Assembly (NCBI RefSeq): GCF_024521635.1
Contig: NW_026250434.1
Coordinates: 62,001-126,000, forward strand
Length of the DNA stretch: 64,000 bases
Origin: Tricharina praecox
Taxonomy: Eukaryota
Direction: 5' to 3'
Within the stretch, counting starts at the first letter, position 1. The number at the start of each line of letters is the position of its first letter. Of this stretch, positions 47,263 to 60,818 are shown piece after piece. The notes under the pieces were generated by a model that saw only the letters and a program-made list of their open reading frames with translations, did no database searches and had not been told where the DNA came from. The translations under genes and the position numbers were made by a program.

Positions 47263-48120
47263 ATGACAACACTCGTCGCCCTCCCCGCTCCCATCCTCTG
47301 CAGCATCTTCGACGCGACCAACAGTCTCACCACTGCCGTGTCTCTCGCCCGCTGCGACAAGCTCCTGCACAAGACATGGACCACGCACCTTTCGACTCTC
47401 GACCTCGTCGCCGCCTTCGATGCCGACCCGCGCTGGTGCGAGATCAGATACAAATTCTTTGCTGTGACGATAGCACGGACGGAGCTGGAGGCGGGGGGCA
47501 GTAAGTCGTCCCACCATTCACGTCCTGGGGGGTGGGGGCAGCATCGCATCGCCAATCCTGACCTCAAACCTTATGTAGACACGGACATCGACCCGCTGTC
47601 GGCGATGAAGTCCGCGTACCGGATAGCGGGGGTGATCCAGCGGACGGTGCGGGAGCTGGTCTCGTACCTCACCGCATCGTGTCCCTCGCCCAGGCAAAAG
47701 GCGGTATGGGACCGGTGGCTGCCGCACGTGCTGATGAAGACGCTGCACATGCTGTGGCTGCAGAAGCTGGTGGGGCGCGCGCCGCTCGACCCGCAGTACC
47801 ACCTCGCCACCAAGACCATGGCCGAGTTCCTGCTCGCGCCGAAGTGGCATACCTGGGGGTTTCCCGATATGCGCGGCGTGCTCGGCGCAGGCACGATCAG
47901 GAACAAGGCGCCTGCAAACCAGTTGCTCGAGACGTGTGTAGCGGTCTGTGAGAGGGTCGTCAGGAATAAGAAGGCCCTCGGTGAGGACCTCGAGGAGGAC
48001 GAAGAGGATAGTGAGGCGGAGGAGGATGAGTTCTATGATGACTCCGAGTATGATGATATCTCCGAGTTTGACGAGGATGAGCTAGATGAGGACGATGCGG
48101 GTAATTGGAGCGATGAATGA
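47263..48120 (+). CDS. Hypothetical protein with degenerate N-terminal F-box-like motif and acidic tail
   Basis: Intronless 285-aa ORF with strong C/G third-position bias. LVALPAPILCSIF..AVSLARCDKLLHKTW resembles an F-box. TATA-like TTTATAA at 47211. Confidence 0.7.
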   Translation: MTTLVALPAPILCSIFDATNSLTTAVSLARCDKLLHKTWTTHLSTLDLVAAFDADPRWCEIRYKFFAVTIARTELEAGGSKSSHHSRPGGWGQHRIANPDLKPYVDTDIDPLSAMKSAYRIAGVIQRTVRELVSYLTASCPSPRQKAVWDRWLPHVLMKTLHMLWLQKLVGRAPLDPQYHLATKTMAEFLLAPKWHTWGFPDMRGVLGAGTIRNKAPANQLLETCVAVCERVVRNKKALGEDLEEDEEDSEAEEDEFYDDSEYDDISEFDEDELDEDDAGNWSDE

Positions 48121-48824
48121 TCTCGCCGCGAAGCCATAATGCATACTACCTAGCGGTGAGGTGAATTACTGGGGCAATCCACGGCGGATGTGCACCACCT
48201 CTGCCCCAATAGTTACCTTCTCACCGCAAATACATAAGATGTAGCAATTTAAAGCGGAATTCTACAGACGGGGATTAAGAGAGAGTGAGAGAGCGATTCA
48301 GTTTATTGTCGCATACGGCCTTTACAGACTATGGCGACCACACAAGTACCGTAACTGACATTACAGCGTGACCAGGCAATGAGCGGGTGATAATATGTGA
48401 TGTATCAAGCACGGCCTATGTATCCACACAAATCACAGAAGAGAACATTCCTTATCAGTTTGTCTACATACTCCCTCCGCTCGATATCATGCAAGATAGC
48501 AGAGTTTCAGCTGTACTCTATGTACTTGTACATACGGTACCTATGCCGGTCGTGCAAACAGGTTACAGGGCTGATGTTTGACTCGAGTCTCGGCTATTAC
48601 CGCAGCTGAGTCTGACCGGCCAACACATTTGGGCAAGTGGGACTGGAAGAAAAAACAACCGAAGGCAGTGTAACGTATCTTCTCCGCTCCGACGAGTCAG
48701 TTTCCAAGTGAGTGACACATCGGAGCGGGGGACTGAGCAGGTGGGGTAGGTAGTATATACCCCCTCCCCTCCGCTCTTCCCCTCCACTCTTCGCCGCAAG
48801 CAAGGAAACCACCCACAAATTACA

Positions 48825-50449
48825 ATGTACTACTGCCAAAGCTGCAACCTGATCTTCCCCACAGCGCACGTCCTAGGCGTGCACACATCGTCAGCGGCGC
48901 ACCGGGCAGCCGACACGCAAGCCCTCGTCGGGATCCCACTCGGACGGCTGAGCCGGGGGCAGAACCGCCGATGCGTGTGCCGAGATTGCCACCTCGGATT
49001 CCCGTCGCCGCAGGTCAAGGAGCGACATGTCACGACTTCCGAGAAACATAGGCGCCTGTGTGGTTGCAGGGTCTGCGGAAAGGTCTTTGGCGATAGACAG
49101 GCTGCCAAGTTTCATAGGGAGCAGAATGGGAAGTGTAAGGAGAAGGCGAAGGAGCTGGCGAGGGAGGAGGCGAGGGAGAGGGCGGAGGTGGAGGCGAGGG
49201 AAGGGGAGCGTGAGGATGAGGGGTGGGTAGCGATGGTGAGGCGTACGGAGGAGGAGAGGGAGGAGGAGGAGGAGGAGGAGGAGGAGGAGGAGGAGGCACG
49301 GGCGAGGGCGGAGGTGAAGGCGCGGAGCGGGGAGCGTGTGGACGAGGGATGGGCGGCGATGGTGAGGGATGCGGAGGAGGATGAGGAGGCTGGGGAGGAG
49401 GAGGCTGTGATTCCGGATGATTGGAGTCAGGAACTTGATGAGGTTGGGGAAGACGAGAAGGAGGAAGACGAAGATGAAGTCCACGACGAAAGCGAGGACG
49501 AACTCCACGACGATGATGATGATGAAGACAAAGATACAGATCACGGCAAAGACCCAGATTCAGACTCAGATCACGGCAAAGACCCAGACTCAGACTCAGA
49601 CCACGAGTATGCCAACGACGAAGACAAATCCACCGACGCTGGCGAAGTAAGTCCCTCCGCCTTCCCGTCTCACTCCCCCTCTGACCCTCTTAGTTATCAG
49701 CCGGCCTTGTCGCTCTCGCCCTCGGCGGTAACGTCGCCCCCGGGCCCTCCACCTCCTCTAGCAGCCCCAACCTCTCCCGCAAAGGCACGCCGCTAACCTC
49801 CCTCCCCCCCTCCGTCCGCGCAAACATAGACCGCAAATTCATCTGCCAGCCCTGCGGCCGCGCCTTCCCCAGCAAGCACAAAAGACAGCAGCACGCACGG
49901 AGATCGGACGAGCACCGCGCCCTGTGTTGCTGCTCCTCGTGCGGAAGGAACTTTGGCACTCAGCAGGAGAGGGATGATCACTTTGCCTATTGCTCCCAGC
50001 GGGCGGGCATGGGGCTGGATCGCGGAAGGGGTGGGTATCCTGATCGTGGGCGTGAGCGTGGGTGGGGTGAACTTGGTAGCCGTAGTGGCGATCGTGGTGG
50101 TCGTGGTGGTCGTGGTGGTCGTGGTGGTCGTGGTGGTCGTGGTGGTCGTGGTGGTCGCGGAAGAGGAGGAAGAGGAGACGGCTCCCGCACTCGCATTCCC
50201 CAATCGTCGCCGCCAGTAATTGGTCCTAGACGAGCCGGGCACTGCTGGATCTGCAACCACGACCTCCTGCCTGACGAGAATTTCAGGGCGCATATCGCGT
50301 CCGCCGACCATATCGGTGCGTGTAAGGAGCAGAGATTCTACTGCCGCCGGTGCGATATACCGTTCGGGAACGAGTTTGGGCTGGAACTGCACAGGGTCCT
50401 AGAACATTGCGCAGCGGAGGCCATGGGCCTTGGCGGGTTAACTGCCTAG
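48825..50449 (+). CDS. Multi-C2H2 zinc-finger protein with acidic region and RGG box
   Basis: Exons 48825-49646, 49694-49727 and 49830-50449 (donors GTAAGT and GTAACG; branch sites CTGAC and CTAAC) join in frame. About seven CxxC..H fingers and (RGG)7. Confidence 0.8.
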
Positions 50450-51157
50450 ATGGATTAACTGCCTAGATGGGAAAGAGTCTGCTCGTTTCCTTTTTCTTTG
50501 ATCGATGGTCGATGGTCTTCTTGTCTGGTGGATAAATGAATGTAGCCAAACAAAACTATACGGCATGCATTCGCGCCAGTATACGCCATATATGAAAGTG
50601 CTGGTAGTCTGCATGTCCAAGGGCATCGGAGACTGGCATTGGCCGCGACAACTTCCCTTTCCCACCCTCTAGCCAGACAGTGGTGATGGTCGTGAAGCGG
50701 CAAATCGCGTCCTAACAGACTACCTATTCGGATATGTGTCAATTCCCTCCAAAGAAGCAGTAGCGACATCAAAGGCTATTGTCCTGATCCGGATGTAAAG
50801 AATAGAAAGCCTCGTTGTCACGATATATCACTCGTCTATCGAGTGACACATCATGTTTAAAAGTACGAATAATATTGGTGAACTTGTTTCGTTGATTCGC
50901 AAAACAGCGGATGACCAGCTAGACATACCAGACGAAAGCAGAAGCAAGTGTGAAAATAAACAGGATTCTCAAGGCGTGCAAATATTACCAATATGTATGA
51001 CCAATGTGCAACATCTCCAACGGATGACGATGTGGCTTGATGAGGGGACTTCTGAATGAGAATCGCAATACATTTCATTTGCGCAGATTACTATCGGCGT
51101 ATGTACTCATACAGCCGTATTAGATCATCATATACTAAACTAATATTTCGAACTGCT

Positions 51158-52405
51158 CTACAACTCGTCTTTAATGTCCTCCTTCTTCTCCTCTACCTTC
51201 GCAGCATAGAACTGTGCGAGGATGTTCGCCTTGGACTTAAACTCATCCTTCTTCTTGCTTGCCAAATCGGTACCGCGCGCGAGGATTCCACCAAGACGCT
51301 TCAGCTCCTTCTCAGCATACTCCTCGTCCTTGGCGAGCTTGCCGAGCGCCTTGACGTAGTAGCTAGCGTAGACATCCTTGCTCTCCTCAGCGAGCTTAAG
51401 GATTTTCTCCGAGACAGCCTTGAGGGACTCGGCGTCGCCACGGACCAGCTGCTTGAGCTCTTCGTCGAAGGCGGCGATGCGGCCGGCGACCTCATTGAGA
51501 CCTCCGCCGACGGCACGGTTGGTGCCGGCTTTCTCGTTGAGGAAAGCGGTGAGGGCGGCTTCGGTGCGGCCGCTTTCGTAGGGCGTGGCTTCGGTGCTGC
51601 CCTTAGGAAAGTACTTCAGTGTGGGGTAGCCGGTCACTCCGTAGCGCTGCGAGACAGCCTTGCCGTTGGGAGCGTCGGCGTCGACTTTGGCGATCACTAC
51701 GTCTGTGTCGTCGGCAAAGTTGTGGGCGAGGACTTCGTAGATGGGGGCGAGAGCTTTGCAGTGACCGCACCAAGGCTACATACAGCATCTCTAATTAGCA
51801 TCTACTCGTTACACGGCACCGCACCTCATCAATCCGAACACAGAGGGATCATACAGCGTAGAACTCAACGAGCACATTCTTATCCCCATTAACCACCGCA
51901 TCAAACGTGGTATCGGTAAGCTGTACCACAGAGCTCGGCTGTTCCTTCTTGACCTTGGCCTTGACCTTGCTCTGCTTCGCAATGAACGCCTGCAGCGACT
52001 CCAGATCGCGCTTGGAGTCGTAGTCTATCGGCGTATCCGACTTGCCATCGAAGTACTTTAGTGTCGGGAAGCCCTGGATGCCGAAGCGCTTGCCGAGGGA
52101 CTTGTGGGCGTCGGCATCGACCTTCGCGATCGAGACCTTGTCCTTTGCACCGGCGAAAGAGTCGGCGAGCTCCTCCCAGACGGGGACGAGCTTCTTGCAG
52201 TGACCGCACCAGGGCTGGAATGGGGTCAGCGAGCTTGAATGAAACGTAGAGGAAGGAAACTGACAGCAAAAAACTCGACCAACGCCGGCTTGCCCGATTT
52301 CAGCACTATGTCGTCGAAGTTCTTTGGCGTAAGATCGATGACATTGCTAGCAGTAGCTGCTACAGCGATGAACGCCAGGGAAAAGAGGGATCCAAAGCCC
52401 TTCAT
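51158..52405 (-). CDS. tigA: ER protein disulfide isomerase, TigA/ERp38 type
   Basis: Signal peptide, two APWCGHCK thioredoxin sites (each split by an intron just before PWCGHC), ERp29-like helical C-domain, and C-terminal KDEL. Confidence 0.93.
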
Positions 52406-53419
52406 GATCGTGTGATTGTATTGTTGTGTTGGATGGGAGAGGAATGAGAGGTTGAGAAGATGGAAAGAACAGATCTAACTATCGAGTAGCTGGTTTGGTT
52501 ATGTAGAGTGGTGTGTTCCCTGTCGCGTTGCAAGTGCGTAGCGGAGTGTGCGTAACTCTATATAAGGTAAGCAAGCTTTAGTGAGCACAGATCAGCACGG
52601 AACGAAGCCGGTGTCATCATACATGAGAGTTTGCGCTTTGCGTCTAGACGAAATTTAGCCTGGATTTCACTTTGTCGTCGTGAGTTCGTCTATCTATATA
52701 GAGAGTTTGCGCAGTTGCTCAGAAGATCGTTGTGGTAAATCTAGTCGTATCGCGAGTTCATTGATTTCACGTCTTTCTGACTTTCCGATTTTCATCTGGA
52801 AGCGTATTCAACCGCATCCTTCCGGCCCTTTTTTTTGCTGGTTTGCGAGCAGTATTCTATGAACAATCTGAGCATGACGGTACTCTAATTCTCTTTGACC
52901 GTGAAGATGAAAGGCTATGCTCCAGGATGCATATAGACTTGATTTGCGTCTGAACCAGACGTAAATTTCCGGGTCCAGAACACCAAGAAAACCGGGTCAC
53001 AGCCTGTTTTTTTTCGTCTAGATAGGCGCAAAGCGCAAACTCTCTATTGGCACTCGAGACGGATGATCAAACTTAAATCCCCGAGACGCATGCTTCGAGC
53101 AAGAGATGGAAGCAATCGATATGGCTGGACTCGGTTTTTCCTCAATCCCATGATTTGCCCGGAGAAAACTAAAGACACTCTAGCCGTTCCGAGTGGAGTG
53201 GAACAGAGGCAAGCGCTTGCACAGCTGAGCCTCAAAGCTCAAATGCACCTAGTGAGCGGCGGTAGGCAGCTCATCCCATCGCGTCCATCCTCTCCCCCGC
53301 ACATCTCACATCCGACACCAGCACCAGCACCACGCACCACCATCACGAGCGGCAGCATTTCCTTTGTTACCCTCCCCTTACCTTACGACCACTCTCCAAC
53401 ACCCGCTGCCGCTTCAGCC

Positions 53420-53724
53420 ATGACGTCCCCGATCACGACCGGCACCCCCGCCGGCGGCGCCTCCTCCGCCTCAAAATCCACTCCGGCCAACACCGCTGTC
53501 TCATCCATCGTACGCTGGCTCCATCCCCACCCTCGCCCCCTCCCGGCACAGCTAACAGAGAGTAGGACAACACAAGCTTGGACGCAGTCGTTGACGATCT
53601 TCTCGACAGCCTCAGCAGCAAGTTTGCGAGCGTCAGCTCGGAGATCTACGAGAAAATCGAGGCGATGTCGAAGAGGTTGGATGCTATGGAAAATAGCTTG
53701 CAGCAACAGGCTGGAGGTAAATAA
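53420..53724 (+). CDS. HSBP1: Heat shock factor binding protein 1 family small coiled-coil protein
   Basis: Two exons (intron GTACGC..GCTAAC..TAG) give ..LDAVVDDLLDSLSSKFASVSSEIYEKIEAMSKRLDAMENSL. The ORF track misses this gene. Confidence 0.85.
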
Positions 53725-54236
53725 GCGGGGGTATGGGACGTGAAGAGGGAAGTTATCGGGGTTCTTTTTGAGCGGGGAGCGAGCATTTTGCTGGCGCTGG
53801 GTACACATAGATCTGAATTACGGATTGTTCTATGATTGTTTTCTACGTCTTCGGGGGGCGAGCGCGCTTGGATCTGGCAACTAGAAGTCTGCTTTGAAGG
53901 TGCACAAGCAGTAAAATCACGGTTTGTTTCCAACCAAACGCACAGCTCAGTCAAAGATCGGATTCTACAAATTTGACTTTGCAAGCTGCAGGAATGGCCA
54001 CGGGCTGTGATCCAGCTACATAAATCCTCTGAGAGTTTTTGATTCTCATATCACCCCGCCCATTCATCTCAAATTTCAATCTGAAGTGGTGGTCGTCATG
54101 ATATCGGTGGACTATCTCATTGTCGCAGCTGTGTAATTATCATAGCGAAGATGTCATCACCGACGAAAAAAAAAGTGTGGTCCCAACACCCGCACGAAAG
54201 AGCAGCCATTTTTGTTCCCATGAAATGCAATTCAAC

Positions 54237-54981
54237 TTAAGCAACCAGCTCAATCACGCCTCCAGCCTCCTTGATCTTCTTCTCCGCAAGCGCCGAAACG
54301 TAACGGGCCTTGACGATCACGGGGACGTCAGGCAGACGACCCTTTCCAAGGAGCTTGGCGTAACCGGCAGCGAGAAGGTCGATGACGGGAGCGACATCGC
54401 CGCAGGACTTGGTGAGGTACTTCTCGCGCGACTCAGCGGGGACGAGGGTCCACAGCTATATCGATCGTTAACTAAACTGCCCGAGTGAGGCCAGGATGGA
54501 GTAATAGACGCACCTTGTCGAGGTTGAGGGTGGGCTTCCAGAACAGGTTCCGGGTCTTGTGGAAGTACCGCATACCGACCTTTCCAAAGTAACCAGGATG
54601 GTACTTGTCCATGTTGGTCCTGTGGTGGTGCTGACCTCCGGCCAAACCACGACCACCGGGATCTAGATTCCACAAAGATTCCATCAGCCTTTACCCGTGT
54701 CATTCAATTTCTCCAGCAGTTCATTTTCATCCTCGCGCCCGCCTCGTTCCTCCTCATGCCCCCACTTCCCAATTCCACCGTCCCAAAATAGAGTGTGTAG
54801 AAAACGTACGCTTGCGGTGCTTTCCGACACGACCGTGACCGGCACTGACGTGACCACGGTGCTTTCTCGTTTTGGTGAGTCTGGTCTATCAGGATCGCAA
54901 CATCACAACGTCAGCGTCTCTGTCTCCGTAGCATTTTCGCAGTCGGTGTGATTTTGCATCGCGGGAAAAACGTACAGGCAT
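54237..54981 (-). CDS. RPL28: 60S ribosomal protein uL15 (L28/L27a)
   Basis: [70 protein letters not shown]; three introns. Confidence 0.97.
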
Positions 54982-55139
54982 GGCTCTTCCGGTTAGTGGT
55001 GGTTGTCGGAGGGAGGTTGTCGGGAAGGGGGTGGATTTGTCGTCCGGTCGTCGGTCGTCTCGTTTCGTTGGGGTCGTCGGAAATTCACTTGGGTGCCCCA
55101 GTGCGAAATGGGGATTGTGCGTTGAGGGCGAGCTAAAGA

Positions 55140-55179
55140 CAGTCACGCCAAGCCCACAATGCAAAGGGTGCGTCACGTG
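55140..55179. promoter_or_regulatory. RPL28 promoter motifs: Homol-D-like and Cbf1-type E-box
   Basis: CAGTCACG at 55140-55147 and GTCACGTG at 55172-55179. The same E-box occurs upstream of PRP2 at 6346-6353. Confidence 0.45.
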
Positions 55180-55418
55180 GCTAGCCTTACGTGCGATCCC
55201 AATGCCACGGTCGGGAGAATTACCATGTCTATCTTCGGTCCGGCAGCACAGATTTCGTATTTCATGACAAGTGGGATGGTCACGGAAGCACGTGTTGAGA
55301 TGCACAGAAAATCTACATCTTCGCGATAATCGTCTGATTGTTTGTTCGCAACCTCTGAAATTTGACAGAACGAAACTATGGAAGATATCTAGTCCCGAAA
55401 CACGAAATAAATCTAGAT

Positions 55419-57835
55419 CTATTTCGAGTTCTTCTCCTTACCCGTAGGAATACAGAAGAACACCGCAGGCTTTCCATCCTTCGCCGGCGCATCACACCTG
55501 TAGTAACCCTTGCGCTCAAACTGCAAGACTTCATCCTCCTTGACGTCGGCAATGTTGCAGTCGGCGACGGCGGTCTCCCTGAACTCAGTTGCCTTGTTGA
55601 CGAACGCCTTGAAGTCTTCGTCCTCCTCGATCTTGTCCTTGGTGATCAAGTAGTCGAAGTCGACGAGCTCGACATCAACGAGGTTCTGGTCCTTAGCGAG
55701 CCATGTGACCTTCTTATCCGTCTTCTTGAAGTCTCCCTCGAGGTGAAGCTTGAGCTCGAGCTCGGTGACGTCGCCGGCAGGGTCGGGCCGCACAATCTTG
55801 GTGACGAAGGCGTTGCCCCAGCCCATTAGTGTAATTTCCTCACCTGCGCTGAAGCTGCGGGCATCAGCCTGCTCGAGCAGAACCGAAGAACCGAAGACAA
55901 CCTTCTTCTTGCCGACAGCGTCGTTCTTGACGTGCTTGGGCTTGTCCTCAGTCACGGGAGTCTCAGGACCTCCAACGAGGTTCGCAGTGATCCTTGGAAC
56001 GTTAGCTATAGCAAGTAAGAATGGAGATGAGCTAAAGCTTACAATCCAGATTTCAACAGAGCCGTGTGACGGGGGGAGACAGGGTCAATGACCTTCTTGT
56101 TCATGGCCCAAATGATGGTCCAGTCAAGGTTGACGACATTCTTGGAGGGTCCCTGAGACAGAATGAACTGCTTCAAAGCCTCGATGGTCATTCCACGTCT
56201 GCGGATACCGCGAACAGTCGGGAAACGAGGATCATCCCATCCACCGACAATACCCTCATCTACGAACCATGCCAACTTCCGCTTGCTGAGAACAGTCTTG
56301 ATGAAGTTGAGCCTGGAAAAGTCCCAGACGTGGACCTTCCTCAAGTTAAGAGCATCCAGGAACCACCAGTACTGGGGGTTTCGGTCACGGTACTCAATGG
56401 TCCTGAGCGCGTGTGTGACACCCTCAAACTCGTCAACTAGAGGGCAGGCGAAGTCGTAGGTGGGGTAGATCTTGTACTTATCACCAGTACGGTGATGAGT
56501 CGCGGGGTTGCAGCGGTAGATGACTGGGTCACGCATGGCCTTGTTGGGGTTGTCGACAGACATCTTAGCGCGAAGGCAGTTCTTGACACCCTAGAATCAT
56601 AGTGTATTAATACGCTGGATTGTATATTGACAGAGAGAGATATTACCTCCTCGGAGGCCTTGGCCATCTCCTCGAAGATGCGCAGGTTCTCCTCGATGCT
56701 TCGCTCCCTGTTCTTGCTGGCGATACCGTCCATTCGCTCTTTACGCATCTAGTGAAGTCAGCGACAGCACAAGCTCTGGTACAGGATATTCCGACCTGCT
56801 CCTGAATAGTATCGTCACAGTAGGCTTTGCCCAACTTGATTAGTTTGATAGCCTGCTCGTAGAGCCGGTCGAACGAGTCACTGGTGTAGGTAATGACATC
56901 TCCCTTGATGCCCAAAAGCTCAAGATCTTTCAAGATGCTGTCCTGGAACTCCTGCTTCTCCTTCGAGGGGTTGGTATCGTCGAACCGAATGATCAGCTTG
57001 CCCTTGTAGTGCTCAGCAAAGTATTGGTTAAGCATGGCAGCTTTTGCGTGACCAATGTGAAGGTATCCCGAGGGCTCCGGAGGGAATCGTGTCACAACAC
57101 CCTTATCGGTGTCCAACAATCCAATCTCAAAGTTCGACTCCTTGCTCTTTGTCTTCTTCTTGGACGACAACTCCGCCTTGAAGTCCTCAACTACGCGACC
57201 AATCCTGTCGATTGCGCTGACGTACTTGAACCATCGGACCAGGTTCGGCAGGTGGTTACGCTTGATCGCGGATATAGCCTGACCGTTGGCACTGAGCGCA
57301 CCGTAGACGGTGATATCGGCGATGGTCTCAGTGTATCCGACCAGGAAGGTGCGCAAACTGAGGTGGTTGTTGAGCTCCTCGAGAGCAGCGGAAGTGACCT
57401 TGAAGTCCTTTCCGCCGAGACGAGTGAGACCGAAGGTAACCCAGTGGTTCTCCTGCGCCCAAGTCAGCGAGATGAAGAGTCACATACACTCCGGCTCAAA
57501 TACCTGCTCCTCGCTGGCACCACCGAGGATCTTCGGGAATGATGCCAGAAGCTTCTTGAGAACTGCTTCAGCTCCGTAAATTACCTCCTCGGCCTCGAAC
57601 TGGATTCCGATGGTAGATGCCTTGTTGGATTTGTCGAGAAATTCGGCATCCTCGAAGGCGACGGCGACGGGTGTAACATCGAAGGAAGCATGCGTGTTGA
57701 CTACATTGCTAGCGATGAGCGCTGGGTAGAGGTCGGCTTGGGGCGCCTGGTTGTAATATCAGCTATTTGGCTCTGTACATAACTCTTCTCCGGTTGACAG
57801 ACCTTCTGAGCGACAAGGAGATTGAACTGCAACAT
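55419..57835 (-). CDS. GUS1: Cytoplasmic glutamyl-tRNA synthetase
   Basis: GST-like N-domain, [49 protein letters not shown] and QFERKGYY; five introns. Confidence 0.95.
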
Positions 57836-58075
57836 GGTGACGTTGGTTGAAGTGGTGTTGTCGATACTGTCCCGCTCACTCTTGGTGGGGCTCAACGTTG
57901 CCCCGCTAAAGGCCCATTGACTCAACCCGCACTTTGCCGCATGTGGATAGCTAGCAACTCTTGGCGCATGTGCGAGTCGCGAAATTTTTGGATCTGAGAG
58001 AAACCCAGCACTTAATACGGATCCTGAGATCCACCACCACCGCGTATTTGAACTCCAACAGCCACCACCGCAACC
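57836..58075. promoter_or_regulatory. 240-bp bidirectional promoter GUS1/SPB1 with RRPE-like site
   Basis: Divergent ATGs at 57835 and 58076. GAAATTTTT at 57981-57989 resembles the ribosome-biogenesis RRPE motif. Confidence 0.55.
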
Positions 58076-60818
58076 ATGGCTATCCAGAAGAAGGTATGCT
58101 ACTGCCCTTTTATTCTACTGCTTCAACTATTCTGGACACCTTCTAACGGCATGAAAATAATAGCATGGTAAAGGTCGTCTCGACAAATGGTACGCCTCCT
58201 CCGAATCCATTTTTTCGCCTCCACGAAACTCCAACTTCGCATCCGTGTGCTGACCTACTCGCAGGTACAAACTTGCCAAAGAGAAAGGCTACCGCGCGCG
58301 TGCCGCCTTCAAGCTGATCCAAATCAACAAGAAATACAACTTTCTCCAGGACGCCAAAGTATGTGTCGATCTCTGCGCGGCGCCCGGATCGTGGTGTCAG
58401 GTGGCGGCCGAAGTGATGCCGGTGAACTCCCTGATCATTGGAGTCGACCTGGCGCCCATCAAAGCGATCAACAAGGTCATCACTTTCCAGAGCGACATTA
58501 CCACTGAAAAGTGTCGGGCTACCATTCGGGGACATTTGAAAACTTGGAAGGCCGATGTGTTCCTTCACGATGGTGCGCCGAACGTCGGTACCGCCTGGGT
58601 GCAGGATGCTTTCACACAGTCGGAGCTGGTGCTGCAGTCGCTTAAGCTGGCAACAGAGTTCTTGATGCCAGGCGGCACTTTTGTTACGAAGGTTTTCCGC
58701 TCGAGAGATTTCAACAACCTGATGTGGGTGTTCAACCAACTGTTCAACAAGGTCGAGGCTACCAAGCCCCCGTCGTCGAGAAATGTCTCGGCCGAGATCT
58801 TCGTCGTGTGTCGTGGCTACAAGGCACCCAAGAAGATCGACCCCAAGTTTCTCGACCCGCGCACTGTCTTCGAGGAACTCCCCGATGCGGCGCCCAACAA
58901 CGAAGCGAAGGTCTTCCAGCCCGAGAAGAAGAAGCGTCAGCGTGGTGGTTACGACGAAGGCGATTACCTGCAGTTCAAGGAGGCGCCGATCAACGAGTTC
59001 ATCGAGACTACGGATCCCATCCAGATGTTGGGTTCGCTCAACAAGTTCTCTTTCGCCGAGAAGGCTGATGGTGATCTTGCGATTGCCGCGATTTCGAAGC
59101 TCCCCGAAACTACGCCCGAGATTATGGCGTGCTGCGAGGATCTTCGGGTTCTGGGAAAGAAGGATTTCAGGAAACTGCTCAAATGGCGATTGGCTGTGCG
59201 AGAAAAATTTGGTCTAGTGGTCAAGAAGGCGGTATTAGTCGAGGAGGCTGAGGTTGAGCCCATGGACGAGGAAATGCAGATGGAGACCGATCTCCAGCGT
59301 CTCAAGGAGCGCGAGTCTGCCGAGAAGAAGAAGACCAGGCGGAGAGACAATGAGAAGAAGCAGAAGGAGATCGTCAGAATGCAGATGCACATGGGAACTC
59401 CGATGGAGATCGGTATGGAGCAAGACTCTGGCTCGATGTTCGGGCTCAAGGGTGTGGACAAGGCAGGCCCGGACGCACTGAAGAAGATCGCCAAGGGGAA
59501 AATGAACATCGTTGTGGAGGAGGAGGGCAAGCCCATCCACAAGGATGTGTATTTGGGCGAGCTGCTGCCAACTGCGGAAGATAGTGAGGATGAGACGGAG
59601 AACCGGCTGGAGGAGGAGTTGGATGAGCTGTATGTCTTTTCTACGTCTACTGCTGCGCTGTGTTTACTGACATCCAAATAGCTACGTACGGTACCAGGAG
59701 CGAAAAGCCGAATCCGACGCCAAATTCAAAGCCAGAAAGAACCGCAAAGAGCACGAGGACGGTGAGTGGCTCGGACTATCCGACGGTGAAAAGAGCGAGG
59801 ACGACGAGGAGGTTGTGGAACATGCGCAAAGCGACGACGATGAGAGCGATGATGAGGAAGATAGCGAGGGGAGGGTGCTCCTCAAGAAGCTGGACGGCTC
59901 AGAAGTTAAGGGAGAGGATGGTCTCAGCAAACGGGCAGCGCTATTCTTCGACCAAGACATCTTTGCCGGGATTGACGAAGAGGAGGAGGAGGGTGAGGAG
60001 GAGGATGAGGCCGACGATACGTTTACTGGTTTCGACAGCGAAGGTGAAGATGAGGTAGAGGGAGAGGCGGGTGATGTTGAGATGGGAGATGCCGATGCTG
60101 TCAAGGTGGACGATGAGGAGGAGGAGGAGGAAGAAGGAATCGAGTTCGTCAAGACACAGAAAGAGGAGAATTGGGATGCCGATGATGAGCCCATGAAGAA
60201 CGGCCGACCTGGTATATTCACCATCGCTCACTCTCTTATTACAACTACTAACAAATTCCAGACATCGATATCATCACTGCCGAAGCCATGTCTCTCGCCC
60301 AACAGCTCGTCACAGGACAAAAGACCAAACACGACCTCATCGACGATGGTTTCAACAAATGGTCATTCCGAGATCGCGACGGCCTCCCCGAATGGTTTCT
60401 CGACAGCGAAGATAAATACGCCAAGCCCATCAAACCCATCACTGCCGCTGGTGCCGCGGCCATCAAGGAAAAGATGCGCGCGCTCAACGCCCGACCTATC
60501 AAGAAGGTAGCCGAAGCCAAGGCCAGGAAGAAGTACAAGGCCGTGCAGAAGATGGAGAAGCTCAAGAAGAAGAGTGCCCTGCTCGCCGAGGACGAGGGCT
60601 TAACGGAGAAGGACAAGGCTCAGACTATCACCAAGATGATTGCCAGAGCAGCCAAGAAGAAGCCGAAGCAACAGGTCAAGGTTGTTGTCGCCCGCGGCCT
60701 CAACAAGGGACAAGGACGGCCCCGCGGTGTCAAGGGAAGATACAAGATTGTAGATGCCAGATTAAAGAAGGATGTCAGGGCACAGAAGAGGACGGCGAGG
60801 AAACTGAAAAAGAGGTAG
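58076..60818 (+). CDS. SPB1: AdoMet-dependent 25S rRNA methyltransferase Spb1
   Basis: [68 protein letters not shown] and ARPIKKV; four introns. Confidence 0.96.
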
